The notes under the pieces: model-generated | Databases searched by the model: none | The model's input: the letters and a program-made list of their open reading frames with translations, nothing else | Told to the model about the DNA's origin: nothing | Shown here: positions 1 to 11,366 of the stretch, one piece after another | How positions within the stretch are numbered: the first letter of the stretch is position 1 | Layout: the number at the start of each line of letters is the position of its first letter | Translations under genes and position numbers: made by a program | DNA from: Fistulifera solaris | Taxonomy: Eukaryota | Direction of reading: 5' to 3' | DNA: 64,000 nt | NCBI GenBank assembly: GCA_030295235.1 | Contig: AP026126.1 | Coordinates: 372,001-436,000, forward strand

Positions 1-702
1 ATTGGGATGGCTAAAATGAGCGATACACCCACGTACACAGAGAAAAAGGCAATTAAACCGGGCGGCGTCTCTTCACTGGAAAGATCATAATCTTCAAAAC
101 CGTCAACAGTGAATTTGTAAGGACCGTCACTCATTTTTCAGTCAACGAAAGTACTGTTTCTCCAATCTCACGAAGCCCAGCTCTGAGGTAGTCTTCCCCT
201 TGCGGTCGAGTAAGTTAATACGAAAGGTAACGTGCAGCCGAGTCTTTCTCTCATGTGGTCCGCTTTTGTTTGCTTTCTTTCTCGTCGTCCGAGCAATCTG
301 GCGAAAAATACTCCGTCAATAAGCTGTGCTCTGTGCACGTGCGTGATGTATGGGCGATGTCGGTGTGGCATTAACCGTTTGTCAAGTTGGTCCATATCCC
401 ACATCCCACATCACATACCTGGTAATAAAACTACAAAAAAAAACGAAGAGAGCCCTGTCAACCGCAACTCATCATCACAAAGCCATCCCTTGTCAGGCAA
501 CTCCATGCATTGGATATACGGCAGGATTCATCAACGAAGAGGTCATAATATGTAGCACCTGTTAGACTAGCTTCATTTTATGTGGAACGAGGTTGGTAAT
601 CGCGCATCTAAGCAAAAGGAGAAGCTAGCAACGGCATATTTTGCTGTGATACAAGTATAAGTCTCTATTAGTTGAATCTACAACGAAGCACCATGCCTTG
701 TT

Positions 703-1314
703 TTATAAACTTTCCGCGGCCGACGCTTCCTCGGATGTTGTTGAGCAGTCCTTGTACGTGCCTTTTGCTGTCTTGTCAACAATTTGGGCCGGCTCAAACA
801 TAACAACGCGTGGTTCTTCATAGGGAATGATATGGTCGCTCCCACTGCTACTATCGCCTCTTGACATGGTCTTTTCAGTGAGATATGACGATAGTTTATT
901 GAGACGAGGAAACCTCACATTCTGCGTCGATGGTACTGCGTTTTCTTCTCCCTGACTCAGATCCTCGTTGGAGACATATTTGTCCAAAAAGTCATGTAAG
1001 AATATACTGAGCCCTTCCTTTGTGTGAGATTCATCTCCGGATTCAGCCAGGCGTTGCTTAAAGTCACGGAATATCCTTGGATTCGCTGTCAACACTTTGA
1101 CTTTTCTGTGGAATATGTCATCATCGATTATGGAAGACAACGAATGTGAAAGGCTATTCATCATGAGTCTGCCCTCAAACTTGTGTCGTAATTTTGACAT
1201 GGTGAATGTCTCACGACGAAGAGAAACATTGGAAGTGACCGCCGGCAGATTGTCCCAGTCCAAAGAATTTCCATCGGCAAGCGCCAGGGGTGAAATGTTG
1301 AATTGAGCATCCAT
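703..1314 (-). CDS. Hypothetical protein, 203 aa
   Basis: Uninterrupted ATG-initiated ORF with normal composition; no motif recognised. Confidence 0.55.
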   Translation of the reverse strand: MDAQFNISPLALADGNSLDWDNLPAVTSNVSLRRETFTMSKLRHKFEGRLMMNSLSHSLSSIIDDDIFHRKVKVLTANPRIFRDFKQRLAESGDESHTKEGLSIFLHDFLDKYVSNEDLSQGEENAVPSTQNVRFPRLNKLSSYLTEKTMSRGDSSSGSDHIIPYEEPRVVMFEPAQIVDKTAKGTYKDCSTTSEEASAAESL

Positions 1315-2131
1315 TATTATTCTGTGGTGTCTTTGTATTGCTTTTCAAAGGTAATGTGTGAAGCTTAATTCGATCAATTGCAGAATGAATCTATCGTTAC
1401 TGTATTAACAACCAGCTGTTCTCTAATAAAGGTTGCCTTTTGCGTAAAAGCGAAACGTTTTCTGGCAAAAACTCTTCTCGCAAGTTGAGAGTGGGCATGC
1501 GTGCGTGCGACGTGACAGTTTCGCCTAAATATTAAACCGCGAAGGATTGTTTTGCATTTCAGTTGGTAAGTAAGATTCAACGCACTTAAAAATAAGGCAC
1601 TTATGATTAACGGTTCTTTTACCTATTGTTCTTCCAGACTGAAGTGAAGTGTGGTGCTTTTGGCGAGCGTCCGCTCTTTTGGCGCAGGATTTGGCTACGA
1701 ATAAATAATTTTTGTCTTACCGCTTATTGATGTATCCCTAAAATAGTTGCGATACAAAGAGAAAGGCGACTCCGAACATTCGCGATCGAATTCGCTTTCG
1801 CGATCCTACATCCTGTCCTAGACGGAGTACCATCATTCCATATTGTAGTTTATGTTTGGGAAGGAGCAGTACGCTTAAATGTACTATGTGACTTTTTACC
1901 TCTATGTATGCCATACCGGTTCACGAGCGCGGGGTGCGAAAGAAATAATCAACGGCGACCGCGAGACTCGAAAAACTGACGAGGGAAGATGAAGAGAAAC
2001 CAATCGATTGCAGGAAACAAATGAGAAAATCGTTGTTGATTCCCAACGCAGATTGCTCATAATCAAGCACCATGAAGGGAACGTCGTCATTCAAGATATT
2101 CGGCAGTGAATACTGCGAAAGTAGCGTCACA

Positions 2132-3604
2132 ATGAATGTGCGCTGCGGCAAGAGCTACCTTCTCGTTCTTCTTCCTGTCCTTGCTTTCATCTCATTGATT
2201 GTGAATGGAACTGTGTTGAGGCATATTTCAGGGACTCACTTGAATTTGCGTGTTGTTGATCTTTCACACCCTGATCTTGACGATGCTCCTCTCGCACAGG
2301 CTGAACTTGCACAACCCGACATTCCGTATCTCGATTCTGATCAGCTTGATCAACTTGCCGCAAAGATAAGAAATGTCACGGCTCAGAAGTCGAAAGCGCT
2401 TCTTTCACAACTGAAACGAAACAGTAAAGTTGGGACGAGAAAGAAACTTAAGAAGGGGAAAAAGCGTAGGAGGAAACGAAGAAAGAGACGAGCGGTGAAA
2501 ACCCTTAGCAGCCCAGTAAGAGTTCCTGCTGTAGCGATCCAACCCACGTCATCCGCTCTCGATACAAATGCAAACTTCTCTGCTTGCCTGTTGATTAAGG
2601 ATGACAATGAAATCTTGAACGAGTGGATCGCCTATCACTACCATGTACTTCGAATGCGCAGACTCATAGTTGCTGTTGACCCACTGAGTAGTGAATCGCC
2701 CACGAGCATACTGGATAAATGGTCGTCCCTGACGGATTTGGAGATCTCTCAGTGGAATGACGAATCGTACATGCCCGATTTCTTTTTGGAAAATGGTCGA
2801 CCACGGGATGAGTTTATGCAAGACCAATCCGATTTCGACCAGGAAATGACGCAGCAACAAATTCTGGAAATCAGCAATCATCGATACCGACAGAGAGTAT
2901 TCTTTGCTAAGTGCATGCGAGACCTTCGAGATAGAGGAAGTTCTTGGGTGATTCATATCGATACGGATGAGTACGTTGTTCCCAGCAAGCTTCTTCGTGA
3001 GACTGCGCCATCAGGTTTGACGATTCCGTCAATACAAGAGCCTGGCTCTGTCTTGACCTTTGTGCAACAAGTTGTATCGAAGAGATTGGGAAACTATCCT
3101 TGCATATCGCTGCTTCGTCTCCTGTTTGGATCAATTGAGAGCAGCGAAGAAGAGAGGACTGAGCAAGTTCCTCCCGAATTCGACGCCAAAAATTTTGAAA
3201 CACTTCGGTGGCGATACCACGCCAATCCACAAAATATGAAACTCCATGGAAGTCCCAAAACAATAATTGATGTTTCCGCCATTCCAGAGGAGTTCCTACC
3301 AACAGAAGTTGTCTACAGCATCCATCGTCCGGTCGAGCAATTTTGCCAAAGGAACAAAGATCTCAAATACGACAACTTTCTTTCACAATCCATCGCTGCC
3401 AATCACTACCTCGGTTCATGGGAGCGATACAGTGCCCGAGCGGACAATCGGAGAAGCAAAGAAACGTACGAGAACAAAGCTCACTTGAAACACGCCGCAG
3501 ATGACGGAGTTCGACCCTGGTTAGCCGGTTTTGTCGAGTTCGTGGGTCTTGATTTGGCCAGCGAATTGTTGGGCGACACCTACTTGGCAGCAACCTCGCG
3601 CTAG
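2132..3604 (+). CDS. Type II membrane glycosyltransferase, GT92/GT2-like (GT-A fold)
   Basis: N-terminal TM anchor (YLLVLLPVLAFISLIV), FSACLLIKDDNEILNEWIAYHY, WVIHIDTDEY (DxD), PKTIID, SIH and NHYLGSWE motifs; Lys/Arg-rich stem. Confidence 0.8.
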   Translation: MNVRCGKSYLLVLLPVLAFISLIVNGTVLRHISGTHLNLRVVDLSHPDLDDAPLAQAELAQPDIPYLDSDQLDQLAAKIRNVTAQKSKALLSQLKRNSKVGTRKKLKKGKKRRRKRRKRRAVKTLSSPVRVPAVAIQPTSSALDTNANFSACLLIKDDNEILNEWIAYHYHVLRMRRLIVAVDPLSSESPTSILDKWSSLTDLEISQWNDESYMPDFFLENGRPRDEFMQDQSDFDQEMTQQQILEISNHRYRQRVFFAKCMRDLRDRGSSWVIHIDTDEYVVPSKLLRETAPSGLTIPSIQEPGSVLTFVQQVVSKRLGNYPCISLLRLLFGSIESSEEERTEQVPPEFDAKNFETLRWRYHANPQNMKLHGSPKTIIDVSAIPEEFLPTEVVYSIHRPVEQFCQRNKDLKYDNFLSQSIAANHYLGSWERYSARADNRRSKETYENKAHLKHAADDGVRPWLAGFVEFVGLDLASELLGDTYLAATSR

Positions 3605-3883
3605 AGAGTGAAGTCGCCTGAATGTTTTTAATGTTTTAGTAGCAGTTTCTAATGTTGTGTTCCTTCGAGATGATGTAAACTTCCCCCTTTTAGATTTAAC
3701 TAGGTGACGCAGACTTCTTACCTGGTACCAGGTACTGGAGTACATCATAGAAGCAAAAGCGTGATTCCAGCTAAACGAGACACGTTTGCACACGGAAACG
3801 ATGAGCGATCGATCGACAGCATTAAAACGTGAAGGGCAAGAGAGCATGATAATAATGAGATGCAATTGTATCTACTCGTTCTA

Positions 3884-5509
3884 ATGACCATCACCTCTAG
3901 ACCCTTCGAAAGATTCGTTTCCTTGCTCAAGGAGAGGAAGAAGACATGCGTCGTGGTAGAGCAATGCTGCGGCGGCTTAATTCAAGGCACGTACGTTTGC
4001 CGTATCGTTGGTACGAATCTGTTTTCCTATCTATCTTCCTTACACCTTTGTCTCTTCGCAGCCTCTATTCTAGCGCAGCCGGGTGCTTCCTCGGTCTATT
4101 TCGGGGGCTCCGTATCGTACAACACCCGTAAAGCCAAGCCTCTTCTTCTGAACAGCGATGAATTGCATCAATCATTAATTCAGAAACAATTTACGGACTC
4201 GGCCGCGGGTTGCATTCAATCGAAGTTGCACTGGACCGCGGAAACCTCAATTGCGTATTGCCAAGCAATGGGAACTGATTTTGCAATCGCGGAAGGGGGT
4301 GCCTCCGGTCCTACGTTTCGACCAAGTGATATGAAAACGGGCTTTGCGGTGATTTCGGTGGCGGGGAAAGGAGAGGATGGAACTGTTTCGCTGTTAGGTC
4401 AAGACATCGTGCACTCTCCCACCAATAATCGAGAAGAGAATATGAGGCTTTTTGCGAATGCTGCTGCTAGTTTTGCAATTCACACTATCTGTAAGGGCAA
4501 AGACCCTTGCCTGCATCACGATAATTTGACGGTCAAAACGGCCGAGTCACTTGTCTTAGATCGGGCCACGCACTTTCGCACCGACGAGGCTAAGCTACAA
4601 GAAATGGAAAAAGTGGCACAATACATTATTTTACAAGATTGCCGTTCCATACTCATTCGATCAAATACTCCATCCACAAAACTAGCCTTCTTGACTCACG
4701 AAGAAGCGATCGGCATCATAGAGAACCAACGCAAGACTTTTTTAGGGATTCGTGCGAACGACACTCCTGTGTTCGCTGTCGACATTCTTGATGAAAAATT
4801 TTGCGCTCCACGAGGTACTGAGATTGTCGACACTCGAACAACAGCTCCCTTGCTTGACAAGATCGAGAATGAGCTGGCTCTCCACGCAACCGCATACGCA
4901 TCGTGGCAACGCCGAAATAAATACTGTTCTTTGTGTGGTGGCGCAACGATTGTGATTGATGGCGGAACATGCCTTCAGTGTAGTAGAGTGTGCTGCAAAA
5001 TCATGGCCGCGTCAAGATCCGAGCATGATTTGTGCCGTTTCTAGCAGAGACGGTGAAAAAATTCTGTTGGCACGCTCCCCACGCCATCCGGAAAAGTTGC
5101 ACACGACGCTGGCTGGATTCGTGGAAGCCGGTGAAACGTTGGAGGCTGCTGTGGCCCGCGAGGCGTTTGAAGAAACAGGGATCCGTATCGACGAGGGATC
5201 GGTCCAATATGTAGGCACACAGCCATGGCCTTTTCCGCAGTCTTGCATGTTTGGTTTTTTAGCAACTGCAGATGAAGAACAGCCACTTCATATTGACGCC
5301 AAGGAGATCCTTTCCGCACGATGGTTTACGAAAGAAGAAGTCGCGAAAGCAGCAACAGTCGAAGGACCGACCATGCAAAAGGAGTTGCACTTGCAGCACT
5401 GGAGCATGACCCCATGCTGCCCTTGCTGATACCTCCTAGAGGAGTTATTGCGCGAAAACTCATCGACCAATGGTTAACGGGATCATGGAAATATTTGAGG
5501 TCCAACTAA
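3884..5509 (+). CDS. Fusion of CinA/PncC-like (NMN deamidase-fold) domain and NudC-type NADH pyrophosphatase (Nudix)
   Basis: N-half TCVVVEQCCGGLI..QPGASSVYFGGSVSY..GASGP; C-half Zn ribbon YCSLCG..C..C, Nudix box AGFVEAGETLEAAVAREAFEETG and the NudC signature QPWPFPQS. Intron at 3987-4061; frameshifts near 4985 and 5385. Confidence 0.8.
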
Positions 5510-5587
5510 ATCTCAGGAACACAGTTCAAAATATTACAAATGAATAATATCAATGGTATATGTACTTAAAATGACAGGTTTCTCTTT

Positions 5588-8317
5588 TTAACCAAGACTG
5601 ATTTTTGATTGGAAGCGATGAAATGGCAATCGAAAACGCCTGGACAGCAGTAAGCGGGTGCTGAAAATCCATTGTGAAAGAGTGTCGTCCTTGAATTCGT
5701 CCAAACTGAAGCAAAATGTTGTCTTGATCGTGGCGCTCGCAAAGCTGAAAATTTTTTACACTAGCCACGCTCACCCTACCACCAAAATTCAAAACAAAAG
5801 AACCCAGTTCCATATTCCACCAAGGTGGACGATTCTGCAAAACCGTCAAACCCATAGTGTCGTTCGGATCGGAAGAGCCATCCAGTTCCTGACCGTCATC
5901 AGCAATTGGATTCCGCTCTTGCCCATCAATTCTTTGCAGAATTTTTCGCAAAGAAGAGAGCATGCTGGCATCATCACCCGCATCTGCTTCCTCTAAGTAA
6001 CTCTTCCAGTGGGGCGAGAACTCTTTAGTTACTTTTGGGATACACACATCCATTGTGCGAGGTCTACTCCCGAGGAGGTTCGCTGTGTAAGCTATAACTC
6101 CGATCTCTTCTTCTGACACACAAGCGCCGTTCCTTTCTTCTTTATCGTCTTGATGTTCCGGAGTGCTAGCTGCAATGGCACGACGTTTCGATCTTCGAGC
6201 TTGGCCAATAATGTCCTGACCAGGAGTCCCGAAGAAAAAATGGCGATTGTGGGGCTCGTCTGCGGCCATATCTGTGTCTCCATTAGCACGACGAAGGGGA
6301 AAGTGGAATAAATAGCGCCGTGATGGTACATGATCTGTATATGGACTTATATCCTCGCCAAGAGTGCCATCCGTTTTCCTTGCGTGCGGTTTGACACGGC
6401 ATGGTGAAAATACCTGAAACTCTGTCCCGATAAAATTGCTTTGCAATCGGCCCAAATATTGCACCCTTTTGTCATCTATAAAGGCTACAGATCGAGAACG
6501 ATCGCTGCTTAAACCATCATAAACTTCTTCTTGATTGTTGACGGTTGCAAAGTGCGCATCGAGGTCTGCTTGTTCCGGCATACAAATGAAATAGTTATTT
6601 GCTCCTTTCTTCGAAATAAGCGTCGGTACCATCCCTCTTGCGTCCATCTGCGCGCGACTTTTTGCAACCAATAAAACCGTATCTTTGCGAGTATAGTCGT
6701 CCTCGTCAATCAACGGGGCCAATGGAGCAAAGGGCCGATCTCGGATAAATAACCGATACTCGTACGCGGGAAAGAAGCGACCTTTAACGCTAACACCTTT
6801 GCCACGTGACGGAGATTTAATGCGTTGGATTTCACACTGGACAACTCCTATAGCTTTCGGACATGGTTTTGTTAGAAAGCCCTGCAACAAGGACAGTCTA
6901 GGGACTGCAGTGTGACCATCATGGTAGTGAATGCCGGCGGTAGAAGGAAAGATTTCGTCCCAGAAATCCAACATGTACTCGTCGAAAGCGGCATTATCAT
7001 TTTTAGCAAGAATCGCATCTAGTTCGCGTTGGTAGCTATCAAAACGAATCTGAAGATCATCCAACGACAAAGAAACTCCGCTAGTGAAATCAGGCCGTCC
7101 CCGGAGCACAGTCGCGGCAGAATAGACCCTTGTATCTACTAGATCAACAACTGGCTTTCCTTTAAATGGTGAGGGTTCAATCTGAGGCTCAAATAAGTCA
7201 GCATGCGGCTGATTTTGAGCACCCCTCGCCAGACCGATAGCATGAGCAAGCAAATTAGCATGGAGATCAGCACCTGGTATCCGCGGCTCAAACGGATTCT
7301 CATCTTCCTCTTCTCCTGCAAGAGCTGGAAGAAAACGAAACTCCAGACGTGGTAATCGCGGTTTAAATATGCCTCGTTGTGTGTTCTTTCGCAGTGTTTT
7401 GTTGGAATGAAAGAAATCTACCGAAAGACTGACTGGAGAGTAAATATATTCTTCTTCCTCGGCAGCGTACCGCCCTGCCAAATGATAATCATACAAGTGC
7501 TGATGAATGTTTAGTCTCAACTTTCTCTTGTGGGAAGGAATATCCTTTGGGGAATCAGCGTTCAAAGCCTTATACAAACTATCAACAACAGTCCGATGGG
7601 GTGAAACATCCCTTCTGCTTGATACGAGCCCTGGTTCAATTTTGCTTTCTTTGTGCATCAAAAATAAAGCTTTTATTTCAAGATATGTCATGTCTCGGGA
7701 TAGGCCTCCATTTTGTTCACGAAAACTTTCACGTTCCTCGTAAAAGGGTCGACTTGGAAAGACCTTTCATCCTTTTCTTCTTCTTGCTTCATACGAATTT
7801 CTGTCTGCATTCTCCATAACATTGTTTGATGCACATGACCGTACGAACGTGGATACACCGGTACACCTTCCGAAATGTACAACGATATCAGCTCCCTTGC
7901 ATCTTCCTGAAAGCCCAGCTTCCACGCCGTGGCGGCTTCTAATGCACATTTGAATGCATGCATCCGAACCCGTCGTATAATTTCTCGAGCTACACGACAA
8001 GCTGCTCTGTTGAGTATAGCAAATACACTCCACTCGGAAGGATCAAGAAATGAGGCCACCGCGTGGAGGGCGTCTATAGGTAAGCAGACGATTCCGCAAG
8101 GGGCAGTGCCCATCGCCGCTTCATCAGAACGTTCTGGAGTATTACAAATTTCCATGTCACTATCTCCAAGTTCTGGGGTAGAAAATGCGTCGTTTTCTAC
8201 TAGCGCAGTCAATTTCTCTGCAGCATCGTGAGCGCCCGGCGAAGACGATAATTCTCTATCCTCGCTTTCGGCAAGAAGGACCTCTTCATCCCCGTCACCT
8301 GCGTTTGTCGTCTTCAT
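5588..8317 (-). CDS. Tubby-domain protein with N-terminal F-box-like segment
   Basis: Tubby motifs YLGRLQSNFIGTEF, GSRPRTM, LQNRPPWWN..FVLNFGGRVSVASVKNFQL, LQFGR, FTMDFQHPLTAVQAFSIAISS. ORFs 7688-8317 and 5550-7691 joined by a frameshift near 7740; a further indel near 5612 (restored end SKISLG*). Confidence 0.85.
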
Positions 8318-8879
8318 TTCAAAGTATCCAAATTTCGACTATCGACGTTCCAGTAAAATAAAACGATTCGCTAGACTTGTCGCTTTTAGGATGGGATTGC
8401 CGCGCTACTTCTCAAGTTGTTGACAGTCCTTTTCGATTTTTCGATGCAAAAAGCGTTGCAAAGTGCGGACGAAAACAGCGCACGAAGCGGTACCGTACCG
8501 GTACCGGTACCGGGACCGCATTTTATTATACAGACTGTACAATGACACGACGTACCGGTAGTAAAAATGAATTCAAGTTAGAATAAGGTTGACAGGAAAC
8601 GGTACTGCACGCAAGTCTAAACTTTACAATGAATACTACGTACAAAGTACCAAATGCAAAGGTACCGGTACCTGGTAGTCACCTATGCAAGCAATCGCGA
8701 AAAACATCAACCTAGAAAAAAGTGTACTTATTGAGACCGCAGCGACATGATCGGCGAAACAAACTTCGCAAAAATCTGCGCCCTTTTTCTGTGGGCGGAA
8801 AATGGTGGCGATGAGGACCACATAGCCGAAAGATTCTTGATTTATCTTTGAATTACAAGAGCACAGGAACATCATCATC

Positions 8880-11211
8880 ATGTCTTCACCAGAATTTTTC
8901 GCGAGCAAAACATACTATCACGCCGTATCAGACTCCGAGGAAAGTGCGGAGAGTTACAGTGACGATAATGTATTCCGTCATGGCGATGCCATTCAAGTAA
9001 TTGCCGGGAAATAGGCTGGTCGAAGTGGAGTTGTTCGAAAGACCCCCATAAAGTGGATACCGCTACTCTTAGATCCCACATCCACAGAATCGAGCCAGGA
9101 AGTTTGCCTGCCGCCTACTTCGGTGAAAAAAGTAAGAAGGAACGCGGGGATGATTTATCAGGCGGACATCAACGAAAACATGTCGCCTCCAAATCAGCCG
9201 TCGTCAACAAGCTCAGCAGCGCCACCAGTACCACCAATGGCTTCAGCATGCCATAATTCTCATACAACATCACAGGAGCACAACGAACACGCAACAAAAT
9301 TTCAGGGTGAGATTTTCTACAATGCGGTATCAGACTCCGAGGGAAGTACGGTGTATGAAACTGACGATGACGACAACAACAATACTACTCTTCGCCAAGG
9401 GGATACAATCCAAGTGGTTGCTGGAAAATATATCGGGCGAACTGGAGTTGTTAGAAAATCCCCCGTAAAATGGATACCGGTGCTACTGCATTCCACATTC
9501 AAAGAAAGCAGCAAAGAAGCCTGCCTCCCTCCAGCTTCGGTGAGAAAAGTAAGAAACGCCGCGCAAAGAAACTATTACGAAGATGAGGACGAAACCATGT
9601 CTTCTCCGTCCCCGTTTAGAAGGTCAACAGTTCCACCAGTGGCCACGGCAAGCCATAGAATTGAAAACTCCCTGTTGTCACTTCCTGGATATCAACATGA
9701 TCGATGCCTGATTATCCCAGACGGTAAAGAGACAACCTTCGGCCCAACATTGGCCTCTAAACTGTTTGACCTTGTGAATTATTCTTTTCCGATTAACAAA
9801 AATAGCCCGGTAATACCCACAGAATGGACTGAGTCGGGTCACACTCTACAATTAATCGCTACCAAAGTGCATGATCATAAGATGGGAAATCAGAAGGAGC
9901 GAAGGACTACCTATACATTAATGGCACACTACGGCATCGCCAAAGATGGGTTGCTCCAAACTTTGGAAGACTACGCAGCATTCGGTATGCTTCCTCCGCG
10001 AAAAGTGGCGTCGCGTTTGGAATTACTTTTTACGCCCGCCATAAAGAATCATCGCCAAATCCCCGCCATTTGCGACGATATTACAACTGATCACATCGAG
10101 ATGCTCGCTGATGATGATTCTATCTACAGCGATGGGTGCGGATTCGTGCCCCGATGGATCATTGAGAAATTATTTGGGCAGCTCACAGATGGCAAGCGGA
10201 CCTTCGCTTTCATGGTACGAATTCTGGCACCACAGATTGGTCTGGTCAAAGGAATTCTTATGGAGAAACCTGGCATCGACAAGATTCAACTACATCCGAC
10301 CATGATTAAGGTTCCACGCTCACAACGCAATCCCAATAGCAAGAAAGTGATTTTGCTAGCCAGTCGATCGTATCCCTCGAAAAATAATCTTCAAGAAGCG
10401 CGCCTCTTGAAGAGAGATAAAGAATTATGCAAATCGTTCCAGCCGAACAAACTCAAACACATGGCAACCAATGTTCTTGATGCAAGTCAGATACCCAAAT
10501 CTGTGATTGATACTTACGTCAAAAACGCCACTGTAACAAAGGGCTTGGAACATGCTTTTGTTTTGGGTGCCTCGGATCCAACCAACGCCATTCCCCCCGG
10601 GCCATGTCTTTCTTTCTGGTTTCACTCATGAACTCCCCGATCATATCTTGGTAACACGCTTCCCTTGTACGGAATCGTCAGATCTTCTCAAGTTACCGCT
10701 TGTCAAGACCAAACCTCATGAAATGTCAGAAGAGCAATGGCATTTTCTGACCAAGTTAGCCTTTGGTGCCATCCTCTTTGGAAATCCTGGAAATGGGCAT
10801 GGACCTTTGCCTCCGATGATTGCGAACGGAGATTTAGATGGTGACTTGTACATGGTGTTGTGGAATAAGGAGTTGGGATCATATGTGCCCGTAACAGACA
10901 CAAGGTTCTTTTGTCCCCCAGCGAAGAACGAAACCAAGTTGAATGACGAGTGGAACACCAACTGGTTAACCGACGCGTACGGTCTGATGGGCGACATCAA
11001 TGCCTTATATTTACGACAAACACTGATTGGTAAGCTGCATACTTTGTGGAAGAAAAGCGACGATTACGCCAAGTGTCATGCATTTGGGAGGGCTTACAAG
11101 GAAGCAATCGACATTGGCAAACATGGCGGGAAAGTGCCTTTGCCACGGGCATTTTGGTCGGATTTAAAAGTGGAGTATCATATTTTATTGGAGGATGTAA
11201 ATTACGTATAA
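8880..11211 (+). CDS. Cellular RNA-dependent RNA polymerase (RDR/QDE-1 family) with two N-terminal KOW modules
   Basis: RdRP motifs in order: KVASRLELLF, SDGCGF, VKGIL, LHPTMIK, GASDPT, VTRFPC, GDLDGDLYMVLWN, IGKLH, AIDIGKHG. ATG 8880 is in frame with ORF 9123; TAG at 9012-9014; +1 indel in the C/G run near 10595. Confidence 0.85.
8890..9563 (+). repeat. Diverged tandem duplication (about 260 nt unit; copies ~8890-9146 and ~9297-9563) encoding the KOW module
   Basis: Shared blocks gtatcagactccgagg, ggagttgtt.gaaa..cccc.taaa.tggataccg.t.ct, cttcggtga.aaaagtaagaa. Confidence 0.9.
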
Positions 11212-11366
11212 TCTGTAAATTCTATGTACACTTTTAAGACCTCCACTTCTGAATTTTCTTGGATAACAAACAAGCGATATTTTTGGAAGGGATCATGTGC
11301 TGAGGACTACGGTACCTAGTACCTACCTGGAATGAGGTTAGACCTTGGCTTCTGGTACCGGTACCG

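Noticed and set aside
168..565. Short ORFs at the window start
   Set aside because: No motifs, overlapping frames and no supporting evidence.
2440..2490. Poly-basic stretch as a nuclear localisation signal
   Set aside because: It lies in the stem of a type II membrane glycosyltransferase and is low-complexity sequence.
10585..10605. Programmed ribosomal frameshift in the RdRP (CCCCCCGGG)
   Set aside because: Indistinguishable from the many homopolymer indels elsewhere in the window.
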